Assembly (NCBI GenBank): GCA_045568075.1
Contig: JBJLBP010000001.1
Location: 150,001 to 182,000, forward strand
Source: Candidatus Thalassarchaeaceae archaeon
GTDB taxonomy: Archaea; Thermoplasmatota; Poseidoniia; Poseidoniales; Thalassarchaeaceae
Length of the DNA: 32,000 bases
Direction: 5' to 3'
The notes under the pieces were generated by a model that had not been told where the DNA came from, searched no databases, and saw nothing but the letters and a program-made list of their open reading frames with translations. Each line of letters opens with the position of its first letter. Position 1 is the stretch's first letter. A program made the translations under genes and the position numbers. This document shows, in pieces, positions 17,362 through 25,182 of this stretch.

Positions 17362-19515
17362 TTACTTCCACCATTGTAGAACTTCAAGCGTTGGACTCAC
17401 GCCGAATTTTTCCTTCCAAATCTGCCGTGCAGAGGACTTCATATTGAACGGCATAGACCTCATCAGATTCTCGAAAATCGATTCGGCTGTATCTCTTGAT
17501 TCTCCCTTGTCCTTAGGATCGATTACAGAGATGATGAGATCGATTAATTCGACCAGTTCTTCCCTAGTATTCGGCTCTGATTTGTCTAACAATGCCAATG
17601 CTAACGGGTCCAACACTCCATCAGTTTCGAGGTTGTTCTTTCGCTCGAAATTCATCAAAGCGGCTTTTGTTTGGGACCCAAAGTGGCCGTCGACTGTCAA
17701 ATTGGAGTTAGACATCTTGTTGAGTAATTCTTGCAGCCTCGAGACGTCCTTACCTTTGTTACCCTCGTGCAGAATCCTAGATCCTAATTCTCCCTGAAAC
17801 GGGGGAGGGGGGGAATTATGAATTCCGAGGAAAATGGCTTTGAGGCAATAATATGTTGGAAGGAGAGCGACTGAGCCGACAGCTGGAATTGCAATCCAGG
17901 AAAAGGTCCAGTATAGTTCTCGACTCCCCATATCATAATTATCTGAAATGCCTAGAGAGCCTTCGACCCAAGTGAGTAAATCAAAAGAGATCAAGGCAAG
18001 CATGAACCAGAATGTTGCAAAAGGAAGCGCGAAAAGCCAACCAGCCATCTCATTCCTTCGCCATTCGGGTGTGGGGAAAATACTCCACCAAAGAAAGAGG
18101 AATCCTAGTAGGAATGGCATTACTGCTCCGAAATTGGCGATTGGAGTTAGGAGGCCCCACCAAATCTCGCCATTTTGGAATTCAGCTTCGGGACAATACG
18201 CGCACTTTCCAAGCCATATTGTGTTCAGGAAAGGGAGTTGCCAGACAAAAAACGCAAACAAAAACCAAGGAACTCCAAGCACAACTGAGAGGGCACTGGG
18301 GAGGGAAAGGGATCCTTCTGAAACTGGATATGATTCCTTTTCTTCCTTGCTAAGTTTGTGCCATGGCTTACCGATATATGTTGGCGATGAGGATTCTGTT
18401 GGCAGCGAAAATGCTTCACGTTTAGGCTCAACAGCGAAATCTTTTCTTTCGTGTAACCTGTATCCGCCATCTGAGAATACGCGTATGCTCCAATTGCCTT
18501 CGGATTGCTCGGGCAATGATGCGTTGTTCACGTCTAAGTCCCTGAGCCATTCCCATCGCTTGTTTTGCTCTCCGTGATCTTGGTCAGGTGCACCCGCTGG
18601 ATAGATGCCAACCCAAGCATCGTTGCTACTTGGAACGTTATTGATTCTGAAACGTACGGGTTTGCCGGGTACTGCTTCTAAAATTTCAATGGATTCTTGC
18701 CACCTGACGGGAGCGCTGTCTTGAATTTTAGTCGTAACTTCGGCCGGGTGATAGAGTGTTGGTGCCGGATGCTTGCCACCTGGGGCGCCCGGATTCCCCC
18801 AACTGTCGACGGTTTCCCACCCACCTTCACGCGGTGGAATCCCGATCTTTCCACCGGTATGCGCAGCATAGAGGACCCCCCTTTTTGAGATAATCATCCA
18901 CTTGTTCCACTCCGGGCGTTGATGGGCGTTTCCGCAGTCTTGGAAGGCGATGAAAATCTCAGGGTTCTGAGTATGCTGGTAATGGCCAGCGATTGTGCCC
19001 CAGTGTCTATTCTCATGTTTGCCAGGCACGAACTCGTAGTTCCCGTTCACTTCCGAGCTTCCGGCTTGTGCGACGATTACATACGAGGGCATCGATGCTG
19101 TAGTTGTTGCAGGTTGTTGTTGACCTGTAGCGCCCTGCTGCACGAACTGGATGTCTTCCCAGCCGCCTCTTGGTGCATGGTCTCGGTTCCATTGTGCTGT
19201 GCCGTCCTGTTGCGCACTCAGGTACTTTCCATGGCAGGACTTCAAACAGACTACATTGTTGCCACGGTCCTCGACCGTGAACTCCTCCCAGCCACCTTCT
19301 GGTGCCTCTCTGCGGTTGATCTGTACGCTGCCATCTGGCTGTGCAGACAGGTACATGCCGTGCACGCCCTTGAGGGTAATCTTGCCGTTGTGCCGCTTTT
19401 CTACATGGAAGTGTTCCCAGTCATGAGCTTCGTCGCGGTTCCATTCCGCGCGCCCGTCGGGTTGCGCGCTCAGAAACTTCCCGTGTACACTCCGAAGTGA
19501 CACAGTTCCGTGCAT
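17362..19515 (-). CDS. orphan multidomain membrane protein: N-terminal fascin-like beta-trefoil, two beta-rich modules, 4-TM core, PG_binding_1-like domain, helical tail
   Basis: 717-aa ORF with an ATG start and no signal peptide.
- Residues 1-127: three ~43-aa repeats.
- Residues 143-245: module containing AGSSEVNGNYEF...WMIIS...LYAAH.
- Residues 268-365: module containing NDAWVGIYPAG (SKICH/Ig-like pattern).
- Hydrophobic helices at ~405-428, 452-480, 491-515 and 535-565.
- Residues 578-645: KGKDVSRLQELLNKM...LTVDGHFGSQTKAALMNFERKNNLETDGVLDPLALALL, the pattern of peptidoglycan-binding-domain-1 repeats. Confidence 0.8.
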   Translation of the reverse strand: MHGTVSLRSVHGKFLSAQPDGRAEWNRDEAHDWEHFHVEKRHNGKITLKGVHGMYLSAQPDGSVQINRREAPEGGWEEFTVEDRGNNVVCLKSCHGKYLSAQQDGTAQWNRDHAPRGGWEDIQFVQQGATGQQQPATTTASMPSYVIVAQAGSSEVNGNYEFVPGKHENRHWGTIAGHYQHTQNPEIFIAFQDCGNAHQRPEWNKWMIISKRGVLYAAHTGGKIGIPPREGGWETVDSWGNPGAPGGKHPAPTLYHPAEVTTKIQDSAPVRWQESIEILEAVPGKPVRFRINNVPSSNDAWVGIYPAGAPDQDHGEQNKRWEWLRDLDVNNASLPEQSEGNWSIRVFSDGGYRLHERKDFAVEPKREAFSLPTESSSPTYIGKPWHKLSKEEKESYPVSEGSLSLPSALSVVLGVPWFLFAFFVWQLPFLNTIWLGKCAYCPEAEFQNGEIWWGLLTPIANFGAVMPFLLGFLFLWWSIFPTPEWRRNEMAGWLFALPFATFWFMLALISFDLLTWVEGSLGISDNYDMGSRELYWTFSWIAIPAVGSVALLPTYYCLKAIFLGIHNSPPPPFQGELGSRILHEGNKGKDVSRLQELLNKMSNSNLTVDGHFGSQTKAALMNFERKNNLETDGVLDPLALALLDKSEPNTREELVELIDLIISVIDPKDKGESRDTAESIFENLMRSMPFNMKSSARQIWKEKFGVSPTLEVLQWWK
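19135..19515 (-). repeat. three tandem ~43-aa protein repeats (beta-trefoil, fascin/actin-crosslinking-like)
   Basis: The three copies are HGKFLSAQPDGRAEWNRDEAHDWEHFHVEK.., HGMYLSAQPDGSVQINRREAPEGGWEEFTVED.. and HGKYLSAQQDGTAQWNRDHAPRGGWEDIQFVQ. The shared core is H-G-K/M-Y/F-L-S-A-Q-x-D-G-x5-R-x6-W-E-x-F/I. Confidence 0.75.
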
Positions 19516-19642
19516 GATTAAACGGAAACCAAAGAGAATATGGATGTTGTTAAGATGAAAATCTAAACTGGTTTGACCTCTTTTCCGGTTGTCATGATAA
19601 AGTTCTCAATACAAACAACTTCAATTGATTCGAGTAATACAA

Positions 19643-19653
19643 GGTGGCGAGGG
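19643..19653 (+). promoter_or_regulatory. Shine-Dalgarno-like GGTGGCGAGGG upstream of selO ATG
   Basis: aaGGTGGcGAGGGaagtATG: purine-rich GGTGG/GAGGG ends 4-10 nt before the ATG at 19658. Confidence 0.4.
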
Positions 19654-19657
19654 AAGT

Positions 19658-21178
19658 ATGTTCCTAGACTCATTGAACTGGCGGGAGCGTTTCGTCGAAG
19701 AAACCCCTGGAGACAGTATATCGGGGGGAGGACCTAGGCAAGTTCCCGGTGCGTGTTGGTCGAAAGTCGACCCTACTCCCGTTCCGAACCCCACCCTCCG
19801 ACTATGGTCTAATGAAATGGCCGAGATGTTAGGAATCGAAAGAGGGGGAGCGGCGTTTCTTGGTGGTAATCGAATAGCCGATGGAATGGTGCCCTACGCC
19901 CAACGTTATGGGGGGCACCAATTTGGAAATTGGGCAGGACAACTAGGAGATGGGCGAGCGATTACATTAGGCGAAGTTGATGCTGGTGAGCAAATCTTAG
20001 AGCTGCAACTCAAAGGGTCGGGAATAACTCCATATTCTCGCTTTGCAGATGGTAAAGCCGTTCTTCGTTCCTCTATTCGAGAGTTTCTCTGTAGCGAGGC
20101 CATGCATCATCTGGGGGTCCCAACAACCCGCGCGCTGTCTCTTGTCACGACAGGGGAAGATGTGATACGAGATATTCTCTACAATGGTAATCCTGCGCCC
20201 GAAGACGGAGCGATTGTTTGTAGGATTGCTCCGAGTTTCATTCGATTTGGTAGTTTTCAAATCCACGCATTGGATGGAAATAGAAGGGCTTTAGAGCAAC
20301 TTGCACGACACTCTGTAAAACATCATTTCCAAGGACATTCAATAGACAATGACGAGGGTATACTTGAGTGGACAAAGCATATCGCAAGACAAACTGCTTT
20401 GATGATTGCACATTGGATGAGGGTTGGTTTTGTTCACGGAGTAATGAATACTGACAATATGTCGATTCATGGGTTAACCATCGATTATGGCCCCTATGGG
20501 TGGATTGAGGACTTTGATCTCGGATGGACTCCGAACACTACCGACGCAGGGATGAAAAGATACAGGTTTGGCAATCAAGCGGATATTGGAGGTTGGAATA
20601 TGGCTCGATTTTTGGAGGCAATTTCCCCATTAATGGATAGTCCAGAGAAACTCAACGAGGTACTCGATGTTTACTATCACACATACGAAAAGTTTCACAC
20701 AAAGATGTGGATGGATAAGATTGGCGTTGATAATTTCGATGAAAGGGAGATCGGTTTGGTTTCAGAATTGATTGCTTTACTAGAGGGTACAGAAATTGAT
20801 ATGACTATATTTTTCCGATTGTTATCGAACATAGAGGGACCCGATATTGAACACCTAAAATTTGCATTTTACAACATAGAAGAGGTTTCTATGAAAGAAT
20901 GGGAAGGTTGGTTAATCAAATGGTGGAAGGGGCTAGAAGGATCTCCAAATAGGGAAAAAATGAGGGAGACAAACCCGAAATACGTCCTACGAAACTGGAT
21001 GGCTCAATTGGCTATAGATGCAGCAGAAAAAGGAGATTTTAACGTTGCAGATGAACTCTATGATTTGTTAAAATTGCCTTACGACGAACAGCCGGAATAC
21101 GAAGAGAAGTGGTTCCAAAAGAGGCCGGAATGGGCGAAGAATAGAGTTGGCTGTTCTATGCTTTCTTGTTCAAGCTAA
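19658..21178 (+). CDS. selO: SelO (YdiU/UPF0061) protein adenylyltransferase (AMPylating pseudokinase)
   Basis: YAQRYGGHQFGNWAGQLGDGRAITLGEV, LRSSIREFLCSEAMHHLGVPTTRAL and HGVMNTDNMSIHGLTIDYGPYGW are the hallmark SelO blocks. The track start is a TTG at 19625; I use the ATG (M12) preceded by an SD-like sequence. The C-terminus is CSMLSCSS followed by TAA. Confidence 0.9.
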   Translation: MFLDSLNWRERFVEETPGDSISGGGPRQVPGACWSKVDPTPVPNPTLRLWSNEMAEMLGIERGGAAFLGGNRIADGMVPYAQRYGGHQFGNWAGQLGDGRAITLGEVDAGEQILELQLKGSGITPYSRFADGKAVLRSSIREFLCSEAMHHLGVPTTRALSLVTTGEDVIRDILYNGNPAPEDGAIVCRIAPSFIRFGSFQIHALDGNRRALEQLARHSVKHHFQGHSIDNDEGILEWTKHIARQTALMIAHWMRVGFVHGVMNTDNMSIHGLTIDYGPYGWIEDFDLGWTPNTTDAGMKRYRFGNQADIGGWNMARFLEAISPLMDSPEKLNEVLDVYYHTYEKFHTKMWMDKIGVDNFDEREIGLVSELIALLEGTEIDMTIFFRLLSNIEGPDIEHLKFAFYNIEEVSMKEWEGWLIKWWKGLEGSPNREKMRETNPKYVLRNWMAQLAIDAAEKGDFNVADELYDLLKLPYDEQPEYEEKWFQKRPEWAKNRVGCSMLSCSS

Positions 21179-21185
21179 TCTGCCA

Positions 21186-22010
21186 TTAGAGGAGATTATC
21201 TTCAACATATTTGACTGCGTTTCTAAAGATCGCCATACCCTCGCCTTCCCCGTGCTCGCCCTGCTCGACATCCCTTGTCCAAGTGGCACCTAACCAGGTG
21301 GAGTGATTCGCCTCTGGGTGTGGCATCAGTCCGAAAACGAGCCCTGTTGGGTCACAAACTCCTGCGATATTGCGCCAGCTCTGATTGGGTGAAATCGGGT
21401 AAGGGAGGACCTCGTCGCTAGCGCTCGGGTATTCGCTGTCTGGATCGACGTAGCGCACGACGAGTTGTCCAGACTCTGCCCAATCATCGAGGAGTGCGCG
21501 GTCGGCGGTGACAAACTTCCCCTCTCCGTGGCGTACCGGCACACGCATGCGAGCCAGTCCCTTTGTCCAGATACACTGACTGTTCTGGTCGAATTCGAGG
21601 GTTGCCCAGCGGTTCTCATAATGGCCGCTATCGTTGAGTGCAAGAGATGCGGTCTGTGTCAGGCTGACGTCTTCGTCGCCCGGAAGTAGGCCCATCTTGA
21701 CTAGGACTTGGAAGCCATTACAGATGCCGATTACTGGCTTGCCTGCCTGTACGAATCTGCGAACTTGTTCACGCAGACCGAAGCGGAGGCGGTTACCCAT
21801 CAAGCGTCCACTTCCGAGGTGATCTCCGAATGAGAAGCCCCCCGGTACGGCCATAATTTGGTAATCATCGAGAGTCATTTCACCATTGACGAGGCGATTG
21901 ACATGAACTCGATCGGCCTTTGCTCCCGCCATTTCGAAGACGGCCATCGTCTCGGTCTCACAATTGATTCCGAAGCCGGACAATACTGCTACACGGACTT
22001 CGGCGCTCAT
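21186..22010 (-). CDS. purQ: phosphoribosylformylglycinamidine synthase, glutaminase subunit PurQ
   Basis: Class-I glutamine amidotransferase with nucleophile elbow PVIGICNGFQVL and His/Glu pair MPHPE. The ATG overlaps the purL stop (ATGA, 22007-22010). Confidence 0.9.
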   Translation of the reverse strand: MSAEVRVAVLSGFGINCETETMAVFEMAGAKADRVHVNRLVNGEMTLDDYQIMAVPGGFSFGDHLGSGRLMGNRLRFGLREQVRRFVQAGKPVIGICNGFQVLVKMGLLPGDEDVSLTQTASLALNDSGHYENRWATLEFDQNSQCIWTKGLARMRVPVRHGEGKFVTADRALLDDWAESGQLVVRYVDPDSEYPSASDEVLPYPISPNQSWRNIAGVCDPTGLVFGLMPHPEANHSTWLGATWTRDVEQGEHGEGEGMAIFRNAVKYVEDNLL

Positions 22011-25000
22011 TGTGGACCACCTCCGTCTAAGGTGCCTTTCCAGGCGGCTCGCAGAGCCGCCATCGAAGCGGAAAGAATTGCTTCATCTCCGTTTTTGAAA
22101 GTAATTTTGTCGCCTGCCTCTACAGTTCCTAATGCATGGCAGGCGTGGCTACCCATAGCGGCTTCGAATGCCTCGCAATGCGTCGATTTTACACTCACCA
22201 CGATTCGTCCAAGGGACTCTCCGAAAAGCGCGCCCCAGGAGTCAATATCGCCGCCATCGATTATTGGAGTGAGGTCGATGGTGGCGCCAGAATCGGAACC
22301 GAAGCAACACTCTGCCACCGCTGCAGCCAACCCACCATCGCTACAATCGTGAGCGCTTGCAACCAACCCCTCACTCATCGCAGCGGTTAGCGCACGATAC
22401 ATCGCGAGGTTGCGTTCAGCATCAATCTCAGGGACTTGTCCACCGATGCCCGATTGGCCATTGGATTCATCTCTCAAAAGGTAAGCGAGTTCGCTCGCAC
22501 CCAATTCTTGGTGTGTCTCTCCACACAAATAGACACGGTCTCCGATCGACTTGAAATCGCTCGAAACCGCCTTGCGAACATCCGAGTGATTTCCAATCAA
22601 ACTGAAGAGAATTGTTGGAGGGATGCTGATCTTCTCGCCGTGCAGAGTGGCATCATTCTTCATCGAATCTTTTCCACTGATGCACGGCAGATTGTAGGCT
22701 CGACATACGTCATCAAGAGCGCGATTTGCTCTTACCAATTGGGCGAGCTTGTAGCGCCCGTCTGGAGTTTTGACCGACTCGACAGGGTCGGGCCAGCAGA
22801 AATTATCCAAACCGGCGATTAGGTCGAGGTCAACACCGACGCAGACCGCATTGCGCAGCGCCTCATCGATGCTAGCAGCGGTCATCGCGTAAGCATCGAT
22901 GTCAGAATAACGTGGAACAATACCATTCGAAATCACGGCCCCCTGAATCTGGCCCTGAATAGGGGCGATTACAGCGGCATCGCCGGGAGCGTCGTGATTC
23001 ACCCCACAAAACGGTTTGATCACCGACTGAGCAATGACCTCGTGGTCGTAGGAACGAACCCACCATTCCTTGCTAGCGACATTCGGTCTCGCCATCAAAC
23101 GTCGAAGAATGTCGCCTCGCCCTTCCGCGTTGACATCAGGGAATACGATTGGGTCGTGCTCGGGCGGCGCCCACTCGGATTCGAGTTGTAATTGAGGGCA
23201 TCCATCGTGCAGGAATGAGATAGGGATGTGAGCTACCACTTTCGAATCCATCCGGACTACAAAGGCGCCGGAATTGGTGAAAGTACCGACCGCCGTGGCT
23301 TCCACCTCATGCAAATCTGCTAGTGCCTCAAATGCCGCGCAGTCGGCTGGACTAACACCAACTGTCATCCTCTCTTGCGACTCCGAAACGAGAATTTCCC
23401 AAGGGCTCAGGCCGGCCTGCTTCAACGGAACCACGGCGAGGTCTAAATCAGCCCCACCAGTCAGTTCAGCCATCTCGCCGACTGAACTCGAGAGCCCGCC
23501 AGCACCATTGTCGGTGATGACTTGAATCAGCCCTACATCACGAGCCTCGAGAATCATATCAATCATTTTTTTCTGGGTGATTGGATCGCCTATCTGCACT
23601 GCAGAGCTCGGACTTTCCTCGGTTAATTCCAGACTCGAAAAGGTTGCACCGTGGATCCCATCGGAACCAACTCGACCGCCGACCATGTATACCACATCTC
23701 CTGGGGTCGGAGTCTTGTCGTGGGATTCCCTTCCATCGGGCAAGCGCCGTGGCATTATGCCGACTGTCCCACAGTAAACTAGTGGCTTGCCCAGATATCG
23801 ATCATCAAAGATGATCGCACCATTCACGGTTGGAATACCAGACTCATTTCCTCCTGCGCGCACCCCTGCATGAACGCCTCTGAATACCCGAGAAGGATGG
23901 AATAATCCCTCAGGTATGTTCCCTGAATAGTCGGGCGGGCCAAAACAGAAAACGTCAGTATTGGCAATCGGCCTTGCCCCAAGGCCCGTCCCGAGAATGT
24001 CGCGATTGACGCCGACAATTCCAGTCATTGCCCCGCCGAAGGGGTCCAGAGCGCTGGGTGAGTTGTGGGTTTCAGCCTTCATACAAAGGCTCCAATCCTC
24101 ATTCCAGGCGATTACTCCTGAATTGTCATGGAAGATAGAAAGGAGCCAATCAACCTCCGATTGAATGTCTAAAGTTGGCTTCATTATGTGCGTCTTGAAT
24201 AGAGAATCAATCGTCGAATCCTCGCCTGTCTCAGTATCGACGTGGTGGATTTTAGCAGCGAAAATCTTGTGTGAACAATGCTCAGACCACGTCTGCGCAA
24301 GACACTCCAATTCTGCGTCTGTAGGCGCTTCGGCAGGCAAACCCAATGCTTTCCTCGCCTCGCGGACCTCCTCATCTCGGTAGTGTGCTTGAATCGCCTT
24401 CATCTCATTGAGATTGAGTGCGAGCAGCCCTGTTTCTGATATCTCGATGAGGCGCTCGTCTGGGACTTCCAGATCCACTACTGCAGGCTCGGCCTGTTCG
24501 AGGGCTGGTTGGTCAGGGAAGTCTAATGCAGGCCACTCAGACGCCTCGCAGTCGTCTCTTTTTGCAATCGCTGCACGCTCTATCATAGGATTGTGCAACT
24601 TGCTCGCAAGCCAGCCAGAATCTACCTCCTCAGGCACACCCCAGAAGGCGTAAGTTCGACTTGTGGCCACAGCTGCGGCTCCTGCTACGTGGGGGTAAAT
24701 TGTCAGTAAACCATCCAAGCCCGCCTGACCAGCATTGTCTGTGACGCCTGGCTTGAATCCGGCTTGGATGACGGTGTGAGGAGCATCAGGGAATACGCTG
24801 GAATCATCGAGCAGGTGCCCGCTAACACTGCCCTGCTCGATCACTGGATCGGCAAAGAGGTCGTAAACAGCCCGCTCTGCCTCTTCCGCCGTGAGATCAG
24901 CCTTGACCTGATACCCGAGTATCACTCTAACCGCGTCAACCTCTACTCCGTAATTCGAGGCGAGCATTCCCTTGACTGAATCACCTCGAGCATCGGGGAG

Positions 25001-25057
25001 TCCGGCGAGGTCACGTGTTGTGACTTCGTAAGAGAAGACCGGGGTTTCTGCGCCCAT
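22007..25057 (-). CDS. purL: phosphoribosylformylglycinamidine synthase subunit PurL fused to two N-terminal PurS-like modules (PurSL)
   Basis: 1016 aa. The core carries PurL/AIR-synthase-like blocks (ETHNSPSALDPFGGAMTGIVGVNRD, GIPTVNG, DNGAGGLSSSVGEMA, VSESQERM, SGKDSMKND). The first ~170 aa contain two PurS-like units (YEVTTRDLAGLPDARGDSVKGML...VRVILGYQV..DLFADPVIEQ and VIQAGFKPGVTDNAGQAGL...KLHNPMIER). Confidence 0.9.
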   Translation of the reverse strand: MGAETPVFSYEVTTRDLAGLPDARGDSVKGMLASNYGVEVDAVRVILGYQVKADLTAEEAERAVYDLFADPVIEQGSVSGHLLDDSSVFPDAPHTVIQAGFKPGVTDNAGQAGLDGLLTIYPHVAGAAAVATSRTYAFWGVPEEVDSGWLASKLHNPMIERAAIAKRDDCEASEWPALDFPDQPALEQAEPAVVDLEVPDERLIEISETGLLALNLNEMKAIQAHYRDEEVREARKALGLPAEAPTDAELECLAQTWSEHCSHKIFAAKIHHVDTETGEDSTIDSLFKTHIMKPTLDIQSEVDWLLSIFHDNSGVIAWNEDWSLCMKAETHNSPSALDPFGGAMTGIVGVNRDILGTGLGARPIANTDVFCFGPPDYSGNIPEGLFHPSRVFRGVHAGVRAGGNESGIPTVNGAIIFDDRYLGKPLVYCGTVGIMPRRLPDGRESHDKTPTPGDVVYMVGGRVGSDGIHGATFSSLELTEESPSSAVQIGDPITQKKMIDMILEARDVGLIQVITDNGAGGLSSSVGEMAELTGGADLDLAVVPLKQAGLSPWEILVSESQERMTVGVSPADCAAFEALADLHEVEATAVGTFTNSGAFVVRMDSKVVAHIPISFLHDGCPQLQLESEWAPPEHDPIVFPDVNAEGRGDILRRLMARPNVASKEWWVRSYDHEVIAQSVIKPFCGVNHDAPGDAAVIAPIQGQIQGAVISNGIVPRYSDIDAYAMTAASIDEALRNAVCVGVDLDLIAGLDNFCWPDPVESVKTPDGRYKLAQLVRANRALDDVCRAYNLPCISGKDSMKNDATLHGEKISIPPTILFSLIGNHSDVRKAVSSDFKSIGDRVYLCGETHQELGASELAYLLRDESNGQSGIGGQVPEIDAERNLAMYRALTAAMSEGLVASAHDCSDGGLAAAVAECCFGSDSGATIDLTPIIDGGDIDSWGALFGESLGRIVVSVKSTHCEAFEAAMGSHACHALGTVEAGDKITFKNGDEAILSASMAALRAAWKGTLDGGGPQ

Positions 25058-25182
25058 GATTCAACCTCGGTGAGGCAGTGCCGTAGCATACCGTCAATGA
25101 ACAAACCGGTGCAGGCCTATGGCCTGAAGGCGCGAAAGGGGGGGAAAGAGTTGAGGGGTGCGGGAATCTGAAAGGCCTTGTA

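Noticed and set aside
17948-19500. Plus-strand ORFs of 209 aa (17948..18577), 113 aa (18012..18353) and 193 aa (18919..19500).
   Set aside because: All lie antisense inside the 717-aa gene, whose translation has clear repeat and domain structure. The antisense products are Cys/Arg/Ser-rich with no recognisable features.
21152-21178. Possible selenocysteine recoding at the SelO C-terminus.
   Set aside because: The tail is encoded with TGT Cys codons and ends at TAA. There is no in-frame TGA and no room for a SECIS-like element before the convergent purQ stop 7 nt away.
25112-25126. The CAGGCC-TAT-GGCCTG hairpin, considered as an intrinsic terminator.
   Set aside because: It lies between two divergently transcribed starts, so no transcript ends there, and it has no following T-tract.
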